Below are positions 1-9,239 of a stretch of DNA of 64,000 nucleotides, piece by piece. The stretch spans positions 1,600,001-1,664,000 of the forward strand of contig OZ242320.1 of NCBI GenBank assembly GCA_965208125.1, in the 5' to 3' direction. Made by a program: the position numbers and the translations under genes. Origin of the DNA: Candidatus Latescibacterota bacterium. GTDB taxonomy: Bacteria; Latescibacterota; UBA2968. Below the pieces are notes generated by a model that saw only the letters and a program-made list of their open reading frames with translations, was not told where the DNA came from and did not search any database. Positions within the stretch are counted from its first letter, which is position 1, and the number at the start of each line of letters is the position of its first letter.

Positions 1-1371
1 GCGTGGATCATTTTCCAGATCCACCAGCACATTATGTCCAATACCCGAAGCATCCACCACAATTTTATAACGCTCCGTAATCAACGTCCTCATGGACCCC
101 ATCTCCACAAAAGCCGCACGGTCGGACATATCCGCACCATCATGAATAAAACCTCTCAACGAACGCCCCGGCAACTCAAAACCCTCAACAGCCCAATCCT
201 CGCGCCGAAACCGCATAGCACTTTGATCTATCCCCGCATAATCCAGCACCGTAGGCACAAAATCCAGATTGCTCACCACATCATCGCAAACACCTGTCCG
301 TCCCCCGGGCACCCTCCAGATATACGGCACGCGCAGCAACTCCTCCCACTGATAGGGCGTCTTATGCCACAAATGGTGTGACCCCAGGTACTCGCCGTGA
401 TCTGCGATAAAAGCAATAATCGTATTATCGTACAAACCCTTCGTCTGCAAAAAATCAATCGCGCGCCCCACATTATCGTCAATATGCGAAATCATACCAT
501 AAGTCTGCGCCATCACCTGCCGCAAATCCCCCTCATCGCCATTAAACCATGCGGGCCCCACTCTCCGCAGCAAACTATCAGAAGCTGGATCTTCGTCAAC
601 AACAAACGTCTCCGGCAGGGTTAAAGCTCCAGGATCGTACATTTCACTATACGGCCTGCAAGCCACAAACGGATGATGCGGATCCGGAAAAGAACACCAC
701 GCAAAAAAACTTTCACCCGCGCCCAAACCATCTATAAAAGCCATCGTGCGATCTGTAATCCAGTGATTGTAATGCAACTCAGCTGGAATTTGATCAATCT
801 TCCAGGTCTGATAGCCAAAATTCTGATACGCCGAAAACTGAGCATAAGGAACACAGGTTGAAGGACCTTCTTCCGGATGATCCTTCTGCGCGACATCCGG
901 ATATTCTCTTTCCAACCAATTTCGGTAATCGCCACAAACGTAATTCACATGCCCACCCACATAATCCGTCTCCCCAAAACCGTAATACCCCTCGGGCAAA
1001 TGGGTCACCTCACCGCTGTACCACCGATATCGGTTCTCCCACGAATCACCGCCCGAAAAAGGCTGCAAATGCAACTTGCCCGCCGCATGTGTGCGATACC
1101 CCGCTTCGGACAACGTCCCCGTCACAGTCGGCATATCTTCAGATAGACTCATGCCATTTTGTATCAACCCGTGTTGCGAAGGCGTCAATCCAGTAATCAA
1201 AGAAGCCCGCGACGGCTGGCACACCGGATGCGAGCAATAATTGCGGCGAAACAGAACCCCATCCTGTGCCAGACGATCCAGATTGGGCGTCTGTACATCC
1301 GGATGCCCACTGCAACTCATACAATACGCCTGCATCTGATCCACACAAAAAATCAAAAAATTCGGTCGCAT
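1..1371 (-). CDS. Sulfatase (formylglycine-dependent), 3' end runs off the window; absent from the ORF track
   Basis: Manual translation from ATG at 1371 (RBS GGAG): MRPNFLIFCVDQ...HPVCQPSRASLITG (CxPxR motif), GYRTHAAGKLH, and C-terminal VLVDLENDPR at the window edge. Confidence 0.93.
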   Translation of the reverse strand, partial: MRPNFLIFCVDQMQAYCMSCSGHPDVQTPNLDRLAQDGVLFRRNYCSHPVCQPSRASLITGLTPSQHGLIQNGMSLSEDMPTVTGTLSEAGYRTHAAGKLHLQPFSGGDSWENRYRWYSGEVTHLPEGYYGFGETDYVGGHVNYVCGDYRNWLEREYPDVAQKDHPEEGPSTCVPYAQFSAYQNFGYQTWKIDQIPAELHYNHWITDRTMAFIDGLGAGESFFAWCSFPDPHHPFVACRPYSEMYDPGALTLPETFVVDEDPASDSLLRRVGPAWFNGDEGDLRQVMAQTYGMISHIDDNVGRAIDFLQTKGLYDNTIIAFIADHGEYLGSHHLWHKTPYQWEELLRVPYIWRVPGGRTGVCDDVVSNLDFVPTVLDYAGIDQSAMRFRREDWAVEGFELPGRSLRGFIHDGADMSDRAAFVEMGSMRTLITERYKIVVDASGIGHNVLVDLENDPR

Positions 1372-1470
1372 ATTATCACTCCATAGTTATATTCATGCCT
1401 GCTTAACATCCGTACCAATATACAACTTACACCACGTAGCGCCACCCGTTTCCCTCAACAGGAGCAAGCC

Positions 1471-2337
1471 ATGAGACACTTAGTCACCATATTTTTCACC
1501 ATCATCTTCCTCGCCCCAGCCCATGCAGAAGTAAAACCCTGGGACGACGCATTCAAAAAACAGTGGTACGCCGGACTCGCAGAAATCACCCGCTATGAAC
1601 TCAAACAGGCGCAGTACCGCGACACATACGACGGCGATGCCGTCCTCATATTCGTAACCGAAAACTTCCTCACAGACAAACACGTAAAGCACGAACGCGG
1701 CGACGGACCCAGCACCTCCATACTCAAACTCAACGCCATGCGCCAATTTACAACGGGCCTTTATCCCTACTCCATCATGACCTCTGTATTCACACCCGTA
1801 GCCCCCGACCAAACGCGCACACTCAAAGTCACCAGCACAGCCCAGGAATGGTGCGGACACACCTTTGCCCAAATAAACCATCGCGACGGCAAATACAAAG
1901 CCACATTGCGATCTTATTTTCAAAGCGACGGCGACCACGACCTCACATTGCCCGGCGCCATTCTTGAAGACGAAATCTGGACGCGCATCCGACTGGCACC
2001 CGAGCGCTTGCCCACAGGTGAAATCCAGATCATCCCCGGCATGCTATTCCAGCGCCTGACACACACCCTCCCCGATGTTCAGACCGCCAATGCGGAACTC
2101 ATCGAAAGCGACACAACCCACGTCTATACCCTCGCGTACACCTCTATTGGCCGCAAACTCGCCATAACCTTTGAAAAAAACTATCCCCACGCCATCCTCG
2201 GCTGGGAAGAATCCACGCAACGCCGGGGTCGCTGGACCACAACCACAGCGCGCAAAACGCATACTACGATGATCGACTACTGGAACAAAAACAAAGTTGA
2301 AGACATCGCCTATCGCGCACAACTGGGCTTAAAATAG
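1471..2337 (+). CDS. Secreted hypothetical protein
   Basis: 288 aa ORF, RBS AGGAG, signal peptide ending AHA-E, host-like codon usage, QEWCG motif. Confidence 0.8.
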   Translation: MRHLVTIFFTIIFLAPAHAEVKPWDDAFKKQWYAGLAEITRYELKQAQYRDTYDGDAVLIFVTENFLTDKHVKHERGDGPSTSILKLNAMRQFTTGLYPYSIMTSVFTPVAPDQTRTLKVTSTAQEWCGHTFAQINHRDGKYKATLRSYFQSDGDHDLTLPGAILEDEIWTRIRLAPERLPTGEIQIIPGMLFQRLTHTLPDVQTANAELIESDTTHVYTLAYTSIGRKLAITFEKNYPHAILGWEESTQRRGRWTTTTARKTHTTMIDYWNKNKVEDIAYRAQLGLK

Positions 2338-2414
2338 TTGTTAATTTCAAGCGACTTATCTATCTTTAATTTTTTGAGAACCCCATCGAGTCGCCAAAAA
2401 GCGCGGAGATTGAA

Positions 2415-2852
2415 ATGACCACCAAAAAAATAAAATTCATCGCCGGATTTGCCGTCATAGTCGCCAGCTTGCTCACCATGATCGTGTACAGCTCTGAAAA
2501 AATGTCGCTGTATTACCTCACCGTCTCCGAACTGGAAGCGCGCGAAACCGAATTTGCCAACACCCGCTTCAAACTCGCCGGCAAAGTCATCCCCGGCACC
2601 ATCATCTCCCGCGACGGCAACCGCACCGTCGAATTTGAAATCGCTGACCTCATCGACGAAAATCCATCTGCCAGCAAACGCACCATCCGCTACAGCGGCG
2701 TCGTACCCGACACCTTCCGAGAAGAAGCCGATGTCGTACTCGAAGGCAAAATCGGACCCAACGGCATCTTCATCGCCGACGACATGCTCGCCAAATGCCC
2801 TTCCAAATACGAAAGCCAGAGCTACGAAGAAATCAAAGCGTCGTATGAATAG
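2415..2852 (+). CDS. ccmE: Heme chaperone CcmE, Cys variant
   Basis: N-terminal TM anchor, YY..VSE, YSGVVPDTFRE, and LAKCPSKY (CxxxY instead of HxxxY). Confidence 0.93.
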   Translation: MTTKKIKFIAGFAVIVASLLTMIVYSSEKMSLYYLTVSELEARETEFANTRFKLAGKVIPGTIISRDGNRTVEFEIADLIDENPSASKRTIRYSGVVPDTFREEADVVLEGKIGPNGIFIADDMLAKCPSKYESQSYEEIKASYE

Positions 2853-2870
2853 ACAAATAAGGAACTTCTG

Positions 2871-3044
2871 ATGATTAAAGATCCTGTTGTTGAGGAAATT
2901 CGTCAGTACCGTAGGGCACATACCGCTGAACATGGAAATGACCTTGGACGCATTGTTCAAGCACTCCGCAAGCGCGAACGGGATTCTGACCGTCCAGTGC
3001 TAAATCCGGGACCCAAGAAACTGTTGGACCCAATCAAGCGGTAG
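2871..3044 (+). CDS. Small hypothetical protein (57 aa), DPxVEEIR type, possibly an orphan antitoxin
   Basis: Manual translation MIKDPVVEEIRQYRRAHTAEHGNDLGRIVQALRKRE..., RBS AAGGA; similar to the ORF at 16890-17078. Confidence 0.65.
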   Translation: MIKDPVVEEIRQYRRAHTAEHGNDLGRIVQALRKRERDSDRPVLNPGPKKLLDPIKR

Positions 3045-3049
3045 CAAAT

Positions 3050-3199
3050 ATGAATAAATATAGCGGTAGCAACTTCGATGACTTCCTCAAAGAGGAAGGT
3101 ATTCTTGAAGAGGTATCGGCAAGAGCGCAGAAGCGGTTAAAAGAGCTTGCAATGCAAAGTTCGCCAAGTGACTATCTCCCGAAGGACCGAGGATGCTGA
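3050..3199 (+). pseudogene. Truncated XRE/HigA-like antitoxin (N-terminus only)
   Basis: MNKYSGSNFDDFLKEEGILEEVSARAQKR matches the N-terminal GSxFDDFLxEEG pattern of HTH antitoxins; the HTH part is missing. Confidence 0.6.
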
Positions 3200-4056
3200 A
3201 TCTGCTGTTCTGGAATCTAAACAAAAAATCTCTATCAGAATCTGTCGGACTATTGGCTGAGGAAAGGGAGGCTGACATTGTAGTTCTCGCGGAAATGCCG
3301 GATAATACAGAGGAAATTCTCACTCGGCTCAGGCAGTACAACAGCGACTTTACAGTAAATGAACCGAGACTTCCCCCATCCACCGAGACAGCAACCGCTT
3401 CGGCGAAGACGCCAAAACGCCGAGTAATTCTGTATCACCGGTTTTCTTCTGATCAAGTGCAGTGCCTTCGCCTCGCCAAATTCTGGACAATCTATCAACT
3501 GGATTTGTCTGACGGAGAACCCCTCATATTAGTTGCTGTTCACATGCCAGCAAAGTCCAGGATAGGCTATACCAGCGTTGAAGACCGCCTTATAGAGTTT
3601 CGTGGACTATGCCAAAACATTCTGGAAGAAGAAAGTGCATTAGGAACAAATAGGACCATTGTCGTTGGAGATTTCAACCAAAATCCTTTCGATAAAGAGG
3701 TTGTCTATCTGGACACACTAAACGCAGTCATGGATCCAGATGTGGCTAATCGTGGTAGCTGCCGACGGGGTGGTCAAACGTACAAGTACTTTTACAATCC
3801 AATGTGGACAGCGTACGGACGCCGTCAAGCACCGATGGGAACCTACTACTACCAGGAGCCTGATTCCGTCCGTTACTACTGGCACGTACTTGACCAAGTG
3901 CTATTGCGGCCCGACCTGATACCGGCTCTGAGTAATGAAATGCCAACCATCATTACAGAGTTGGGAGGTGAGACCTTACTTCAAGCCAACGGCAGACCAG
4001 ATAATAGCCGATTTTCGGATCACCTGCCGATAGCTCTCTCACTGAACATCATTTAA
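3193..4056 (+). CDS. Endonuclease/exonuclease/phosphatase (EEP, DNase I-like) family protein
   Basis: Motifs FWN, LAE, VH, GDFN, LDQV and SDHLP are all present. Confidence 0.88.
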   Translation: MLNLLFWNLNKKSLSESVGLLAEEREADIVVLAEMPDNTEEILTRLRQYNSDFTVNEPRLPPSTETATASAKTPKRRVILYHRFSSDQVQCLRLAKFWTIYQLDLSDGEPLILVAVHMPAKSRIGYTSVEDRLIEFRGLCQNILEEESALGTNRTIVVGDFNQNPFDKEVVYLDTLNAVMDPDVANRGSCRRGGQTYKYFYNPMWTAYGRRQAPMGTYYYQEPDSVRYYWHVLDQVLLRPDLIPALSNEMPTIITELGGETLLQANGRPDNSRFSDHLPIALSLNII

Positions 4057-4075
4057 CCATGAGGAGTGTTTTGAG

Positions 4076-4486
4076 ATGTCAACACAAGACTACTGGGGTG
4101 ACCTCCAGGTTACTAGGCAGGTGACGCCTGTCCAGATACTACGGGAACAGGCAAGTGCTTTCAACGAAAAAGCCACGTCACTGATTATAGCATCGGTTGC
4201 TACAAGTGGACTGGAACAAAAACTCCGCTCAACGCTTGCCATCACAGTTCCGTCACTGAATCGCTATCATCTGGATATCGTTACGGCGATCTATCCACTG
4301 GGAGACTACTATCCACTTGTCCTGTCTGATGATCTTGGCGATCCCGATGATGAACGATCTAATATGATCTGCAATAGCGAACAGGAATTTCGTAATGCGT
4401 TGCGCCGAATTTTGAGTTCAAAGCGAACAACAGACACATTGAAGAGTTTGCTATTATTGACCGCAGAGGAAGTCTTGGCTCTATAA
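4076..4486 (+). CDS. Hypothetical protein, probable partner of the EEP nuclease
   Basis: 136 aa, RBS GAGGAG, 19 nt after the EEP stop, same atypical composition. Confidence 0.8.
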   Translation: MSTQDYWGDLQVTRQVTPVQILREQASAFNEKATSLIIASVATSGLEQKLRSTLAITVPSLNRYHLDIVTAIYPLGDYYPLVLSDDLGDPDDERSNMICNSEQEFRNALRRILSSKRTTDTLKSLLLLTAEEVLAL

Positions 4487-4502
4487 CACGAGACCCAAAC
4501 AC

Positions 4503-6488
4503 ATGCTCCCACAACTCGGTAACTTCCTTATCTACCTCGCCCTATTCACCTCGGCTTATGCGGTAATCGCCGCAATTCTCGCTGCCAAAACCCGGCGAAT
4601 GGGCCTCATACTGAGCACGGAACGCGCAGTCCTCACCGGTTTTCTGCTCTGCCTCTCCGCCATGGCCATTCTCGAAGTGCTCTTCCTCACAGACCGCTTC
4701 GACATCTACTACATCGCCACCCACTCCAGCCGCGACCTGCCCACAGGTTACAAATTCACAGCCGTCTGGTCCGGCATGCAGGGATCGCTCCTCCTCTGGG
4801 CACTTATCCTATCCGGATTCATATTTTTTGCCGTCATCAAAACCCGCGCCTTTCGCGGTCCCCTCGCCTCTTATGCCACGGCCATCATGTCCTTCACGCT
4901 GACCTTCTTCCTCGCGCTCATCTGCATCCACGAAAATCCATTTGTCACCATGCCGCGCGCCCTGCCAGATGGAACCGGCATGAACCCCTTACTCGTCCAT
5001 CCCGTCATGGCCATCCACCCCCCCATGCTCTATCACGGCTACGTCGGCTTTACCGTACCCTTTGCCTTTGCAATGGCCGCCCTCTTATCCAGACAAATCG
5101 ACGAAGAATGGATTCGCACCACCCGCCGCTGGACCCTCCTCGCCTGGTTCTTCCTGGGCACGGGCCAACTCCTCGGCGGCAAATGGGCCTACGTCGTACT
5201 CGGCTGGGGCGGATACTGGGGCTGGGACCCGGTCGAAAACGCCGCCCTCTTGCCCTGGCTGACCGGCACCGCCTTCTTACACTCCGTCATGATCCAGGAA
5301 AAAAAAGGCATGCTCAAAATCTGGAACATGGTCCTCATCATCGCCACCTACACCCTGTGCATCTACGGCACCTTCCTCACCCGAAGCGGCGTCGTATCCT
5401 CCGTACACGCGTTTGCCCAATCCCCCATTGGACCCTGGTTTGGCGTCCTCGTCGTCCTCATCGTCATCTTCTCAAGCCTCCTCCTCGTCTCGCGCCTGGA
5501 CCTGCTCAAAACCAAAACCCAATACGAATCCCCCATCTCGCGCGAAGGTGGATTTTTGCTCAATAACTTGCTCTTCCTCACCGCTACATTCGCCGTCTTC
5601 TGGGGCGTCATGTTTCCCGTGATCTCCGAAGCCGTTACCGGCGACAAAATCACCGTAGGTCCCCCCTACTTCAACACCGTCATGGTCCCCATTGGCCTGC
5701 TCCTGCTCGTACTCACGGGCATAGGACCTCTGCTCGCCTGGCGGCGCACCTCGGGCAAAAGCCTGAGAAAACACTTCACGGGATCGAGCATCATGGGGCT
5801 GATCTGCGGCATCGTCGCCATCGCCCTCGGCGTACGCGACATCTACGCCATCATCTCCTTCCTCTTCTGCGGCTTTGTCACAGGCACCATCATCACCGAA
5901 TTTCACCGCGGCGCGCGCGCGCGCGGCAGCAGCTCTGGCGAATCCTATCTCCGCGCCATCGTCAACCTCACCCGGCGAAATCGCCGTCGATATGGCGGTT
6001 ACATCATCCACTTTGGCGTGGTCCTGCTCTTCATCGGATTCACCGGCAATGCGTTCAACAAAGATTCCCAGGTCGAACTCAAATACATGGAATCCACCAC
6101 AATCGGACCCTACACCCTCACACATGAAGGCATTACCGAATCCGTCAACCCACTCACCGCGGACATCGTCGCCCAGCTCGGCGTCTATAAACACGGACAG
6201 CGATTGGGCACCATGTGGCCCCACCAAAAAGTCTATTACAAGCGACAGGATCAACAAACCACCACAGAAGTTGCCATTCGATCCAACCTGCGAGAAGACC
6301 TCTACGCGCTCTACCAGGGCGTTGACATGCGAGACGGCGAAGAAGTCGCCCTCTTTCACCTGTACATCAACCCCCTCGTCATGTGGGTCTGGATAGGCGC
6401 GTGGATAATCACAATCGGCACCATCGTCGTCATGTGGCCCGACAAGCGCGAAAAACAGGCAATGCAAATGCGGGAGGCGATGGCATGA
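4503..6488 (+). CDS. ccmF: Cytochrome c heme lyase CcmF
   Basis: Multi-TM protein; HPPMLY, WGGYWGWDPVENA (WWD domain), TRSG..SVHAF. Confidence 0.97.
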   Translation: MLPQLGNFLIYLALFTSAYAVIAAILAAKTRRMGLILSTERAVLTGFLLCLSAMAILEVLFLTDRFDIYYIATHSSRDLPTGYKFTAVWSGMQGSLLLWALILSGFIFFAVIKTRAFRGPLASYATAIMSFTLTFFLALICIHENPFVTMPRALPDGTGMNPLLVHPVMAIHPPMLYHGYVGFTVPFAFAMAALLSRQIDEEWIRTTRRWTLLAWFFLGTGQLLGGKWAYVVLGWGGYWGWDPVENAALLPWLTGTAFLHSVMIQEKKGMLKIWNMVLIIATYTLCIYGTFLTRSGVVSSVHAFAQSPIGPWFGVLVVLIVIFSSLLLVSRLDLLKTKTQYESPISREGGFLLNNLLFLTATFAVFWGVMFPVISEAVTGDKITVGPPYFNTVMVPIGLLLLVLTGIGPLLAWRRTSGKSLRKHFTGSSIMGLICGIVAIALGVRDIYAIISFLFCGFVTGTIITEFHRGARARGSSSGESYLRAIVNLTRRNRRRYGGYIIHFGVVLLFIGFTGNAFNKDSQVELKYMESTTIGPYTLTHEGITESVNPLTADIVAQLGVYKHGQRLGTMWPHQKVYYKRQDQQTTTEVAIRSNLREDLYALYQGVDMRDGEEVALFHLYINPLVMWVWIGAWIITIGTIVVMWPDKREKQAMQMREAMA

Positions 6489-6940
6489 AGCCCGCACTCC
6501 TGATCCCAATATTCTTTCTCCTCTTCGCAGTCCCCGCCCGCGCCGAAGTAACCCGGGAGCAGATCAAAGAAGTCGGCAAAGAACTCGCCTGCTTGTGTGG
6601 CGACTGCCCGCGCAGACCACTGGACGAATGCGTCTGTGGATATGCACTACAACAGCACGAACGCATCAAAAAAATGCTGGCCTCCGGTCAAACGCCGCAG
6701 GCCATTGTCGATGCTTATATCAGTGAATTTGGCCTGGAAATCCTCTCCAAACCGCCAGCCAAAGGCTTCAACCTCACGGCATGGCTCATGCCGCCCCTCG
6801 TTCTCCTCATCGGATTCTTCGCCGTACGCAGCGTGCTTCGCGCCTGGTCAAAAACAAAAATACCCGCCACACCAGCACAACCCGCGCGCGATGACCCTTA
6901 CCTCGACCGCCTCGAAAGCGATCTCAAGGAGCGAGAGTAA
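6485..6940 (+). CDS. ccmH: CcmH/NrfF-like cytochrome c biogenesis protein
   Basis: ATGA overlap with ccmF; signal peptide, LACLCGDC..ECVC, then FG..IL..PP..GFNLTAWLMP plus TM. Confidence 0.85.
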   Translation: MKPALLIPIFFLLFAVPARAEVTREQIKEVGKELACLCGDCPRRPLDECVCGYALQQHERIKKMLASGQTPQAIVDAYISEFGLEILSKPPAKGFNLTAWLMPPLVLLIGFFAVRSVLRAWSKTKIPATPAQPARDDPYLDRLESDLKERE

Positions 6941-7317
6941 TGATCATTGCCGCTTTTATCCTCATCGCAGCGGGCATCTTGCTCTTTATATTCACACCGC
7001 TGTTCGACCCCCGCGACGCCAACACCATCAACCAGATCTCCCGCCGAGAAGCGCGACGCCGCGAACTGATCGAACAGCGCGACATGGTCTATGAAGCCAT
7101 CCGCGAACTCGACTTTGACCATCGCATGGGAAAAGTCGAAGAAGACGACTACCGGCAAACCCGCGCCCGTTATACAGCACAGGCAGTAGAACTCATCAAA
7201 TCCCTCGACAAAGCCTCCAGCCAGGCAGACCGTCCCGCCCCCAAACCGCAGGGAATCTCCGACCAAATAGAAAAAGAAATCGCCGCCATTCGCCGCACCC
7301 GAAGAAAACGCGGGTGA
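6940..7317 (+). CDS. CcmI-like N-terminal membrane/coiled-coil protein (no TPR)
   Basis: TM, then L..QRD.VYEAIRELDFD..MGK....DY...RARY; translationally coupled to ccmH. Confidence 0.7.
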   Translation: MIIAAFILIAAGILLFIFTPLFDPRDANTINQISRREARRRELIEQRDMVYEAIRELDFDHRMGKVEEDDYRQTRARYTAQAVELIKSLDKASSQADRPAPKPQGISDQIEKEIAAIRRTRRKRG

Positions 7318-7322
7318 ATACT

Positions 7323-7590
7323 ATCCGCAGAAAAAAACGCGAGTAATTTGAGCGTTTTTCGCAGATAGACGCAGATGAAAGGCGTGGAGCATATAGAATA
7401 GTGCCGAAGTAGGGAATGAGAAAAGGCTACGCCCTGAAAGACGTAGCCTTTGTTATTTGCCAGAAGTCATGGATTACGCAAGAATCACCACCTGGCCAAG
7501 CGATACATATCTTTCACCTGATCACCCATTCATCGCTCAAAATGTACCCTCTCGCCTTTCATCTGTGCCCATCTGCGACCATCTGCGGAT
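7323..7590. repeat. Imperfect inverted-repeat pair (CGCAGAT units), MITE-like
   Basis: 7360-7384 CGCAGATAGACGCAGATGAAAGGCG is near-complementary to 7553-7577 CGCCTTTCATCTGTGCCCATCTGCG; ATCCGCAGA (7323) pairs with TCTGCGGAT (ends 7590). Confidence 0.7.
7422..7457. terminator. Terminator-like hairpin, copy 1
   Basis: AAAGGCTACG-10 nt-CGTAGCCTTT followed by a T-rich tract. Confidence 0.6.
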
Positions 7591-7767
7591 TTAAATTCAG
7601 ATTGTGAACAAGTGTGTAAAACAACATATCTAAAGTATTTAGACATCTTCCAACGCAAAATATCGCTCAATTTTTGGAGAATTACCATTTTTGGCCTGAT
7701 ATTTGCTTTATGTCTGACTGTTGCGCGTATTCCACTTACTCACTCCATCAGACGCGAGGTATTTCAC

Positions 7768-8463
7768 ATGGCCAAATACGAAACCATCTCCAAACATCTC
7801 ATCCAGACCTATCCCAAAGACTTCATCCGATTCACGTTTGGACAGGGCGATGTAGAAGTCCTGGACATACTCGACACAGAGCAAGACACGGTTGATACAC
7901 GGCATACCGATAGCCTCATCCGCACCCATATCGCAGGTGAGGAGGCATTGATACACTACAAATTTCAAACCACTGACGACCCATCTATGCCACGCCTCAT
8001 GGCTGGCTATATTATGCGTGCGATTGGGCATCACGGTCTGCCGATTTATTCCAGTGTGATCTACTTGCGGCGCAGTGCAGGTCGGCGCGACCCGGGACGC
8101 TACATCCAGGAATGGCCCGGCTATGATATTTTGGTAGAATACAGAGTGATTCGGCTCAGTGAGATAGAAGGACAGGATATTCTCGATGGCGAGCCTTCGG
8201 GCTTGTTTCCGTTCGTGCCTTTGATGAAACGTCCTGCTGGAATGGATTCGGAGGCGTGGTTGCGTCACTGTGTTGATGCGACGAATGCTTTGCCGGTGGA
8301 TGAATCAATAAAAGTTGACCTTTTGGGTAGGTTGATGATATTGAGTGGGTTAGAGTATGATCCAACACTTATCAATCGTATTCTATCACAGGAGGGTCTT
8401 ATGGATGCTATTATGCGCGAATCGTCGTTTGCACAATACATTAAGCAAGAAGGCATTGAGTAA
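7768..8463 (+). pseudogene. Rpn/YhgA-like PD-(D/E)XK nuclease (putative transposase family), probably inactivated
   Basis: RHTDSL, LIHYKFQT (usually HxEFQ), MPRLM, PIYSSVIYL, YRVIRL, LFPFVPLM; TAA interrupts the EGIE-(Q)-G tail and the frame continues GGRQRAIEDLL. ATG 7768 has RBS GAGG. Confidence 0.75.
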
Positions 8464-8592
8464 GGGGGTAGGCAACGCGCCATTGAAGATCTCCTTGCCT
8501 CATACAATGTGTTGACAATAGATCCTGGAAGACCTATTGTAAAAAAATTTTAAAGGGACACTTATCCAACCAACCTGAAGAGAGATGCAGCC

Positions 8593-8892
8593 ATGAAGGC
8601 CAGGACACTTAAAGATGAAATTTCCGCGTACAACAAATTGTGCGAAGAGGGCCTTGAGCTTGACCACTTTGGTAAGTGGATCATTATCTACGAAGGTGAA
8701 CTCAATGGGGTCTTTGATACAGAGGATGAAGCGATACTCGAAGCTGTCAAAAAATTCAGAGACCGCATTTTCTTGATCCTTCAAGTTGGGGCACCAGAAA
8801 GTCTATACAGAAGTGGATTACCTACTGTTTTGAGTGCTGCTCCCACTATTAAATTTGAGAGCGCACAATGCCAACAAAATCTACCAAAGTAG
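8593..8892 (+). CDS. Small hypothetical protein (DUF5678-like)
   Basis: L..DHFGKWIII..GE..GVFDT...AI..A...F.....LI.QVG pattern. Confidence 0.6.
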   Translation: MKARTLKDEISAYNKLCEEGLELDHFGKWIIIYEGELNGVFDTEDEAILEAVKKFRDRIFLILQVGAPESLYRSGLPTVLSAAPTIKFESAQCQQNLPK

Positions 8893-9002
8893 GATTTGAG
8901 AATCCGGATGATCTAATCGCATCAGGCCCAACAATGATGGTTCTTGTTGGGCTTTTTTATGATGGCACAACTGGAGATGTGGAAATAGAGGTTATGGGAT
9001 AG
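8868..9002 (+). pseudogene. Truncated ORF, possibly the N-terminus of the retropepsin-like partner that often follows DUF5678-like genes
   Basis: MPTKSTKVGFENPDDLIASGPTMMVLVG..., 44 aa, overlaps the upstream ORF; no DTG motif remains. Confidence 0.35.
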
Positions 9003-9017
9003 ATTGAGAAAAAAAGA

Positions 9018-9239
9018 GAATGAGAAAAGGCTACGCCTCGAAAGACGTAGCCTTTATTGTTTGCCAGAAGTTATGGATTAAATAAACGCGATGTGTGACT
9101 TCAAAAGTGAACAAGTCCGTAAATAAACTCATTGTGTTGCGTGTGTTCACGCGACGAATGCTCTGCCAGTGGATGAATCAATAAAGATTGACTGTTTTGG
9201 GCAGGTTGATGATATTGAGTGGGTTAGAGTATGATCCAA
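9018..9239 (+). repeat. Internally deleted duplicate of the 7414-8365 Rpn region
   Basis: 9018-9080 resembles 7414-7476 (same hairpin); GTGAACAAGT is shared; 9151-9239 resembles 8278-8365 (rpn coding sequence). Confidence 0.88.
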
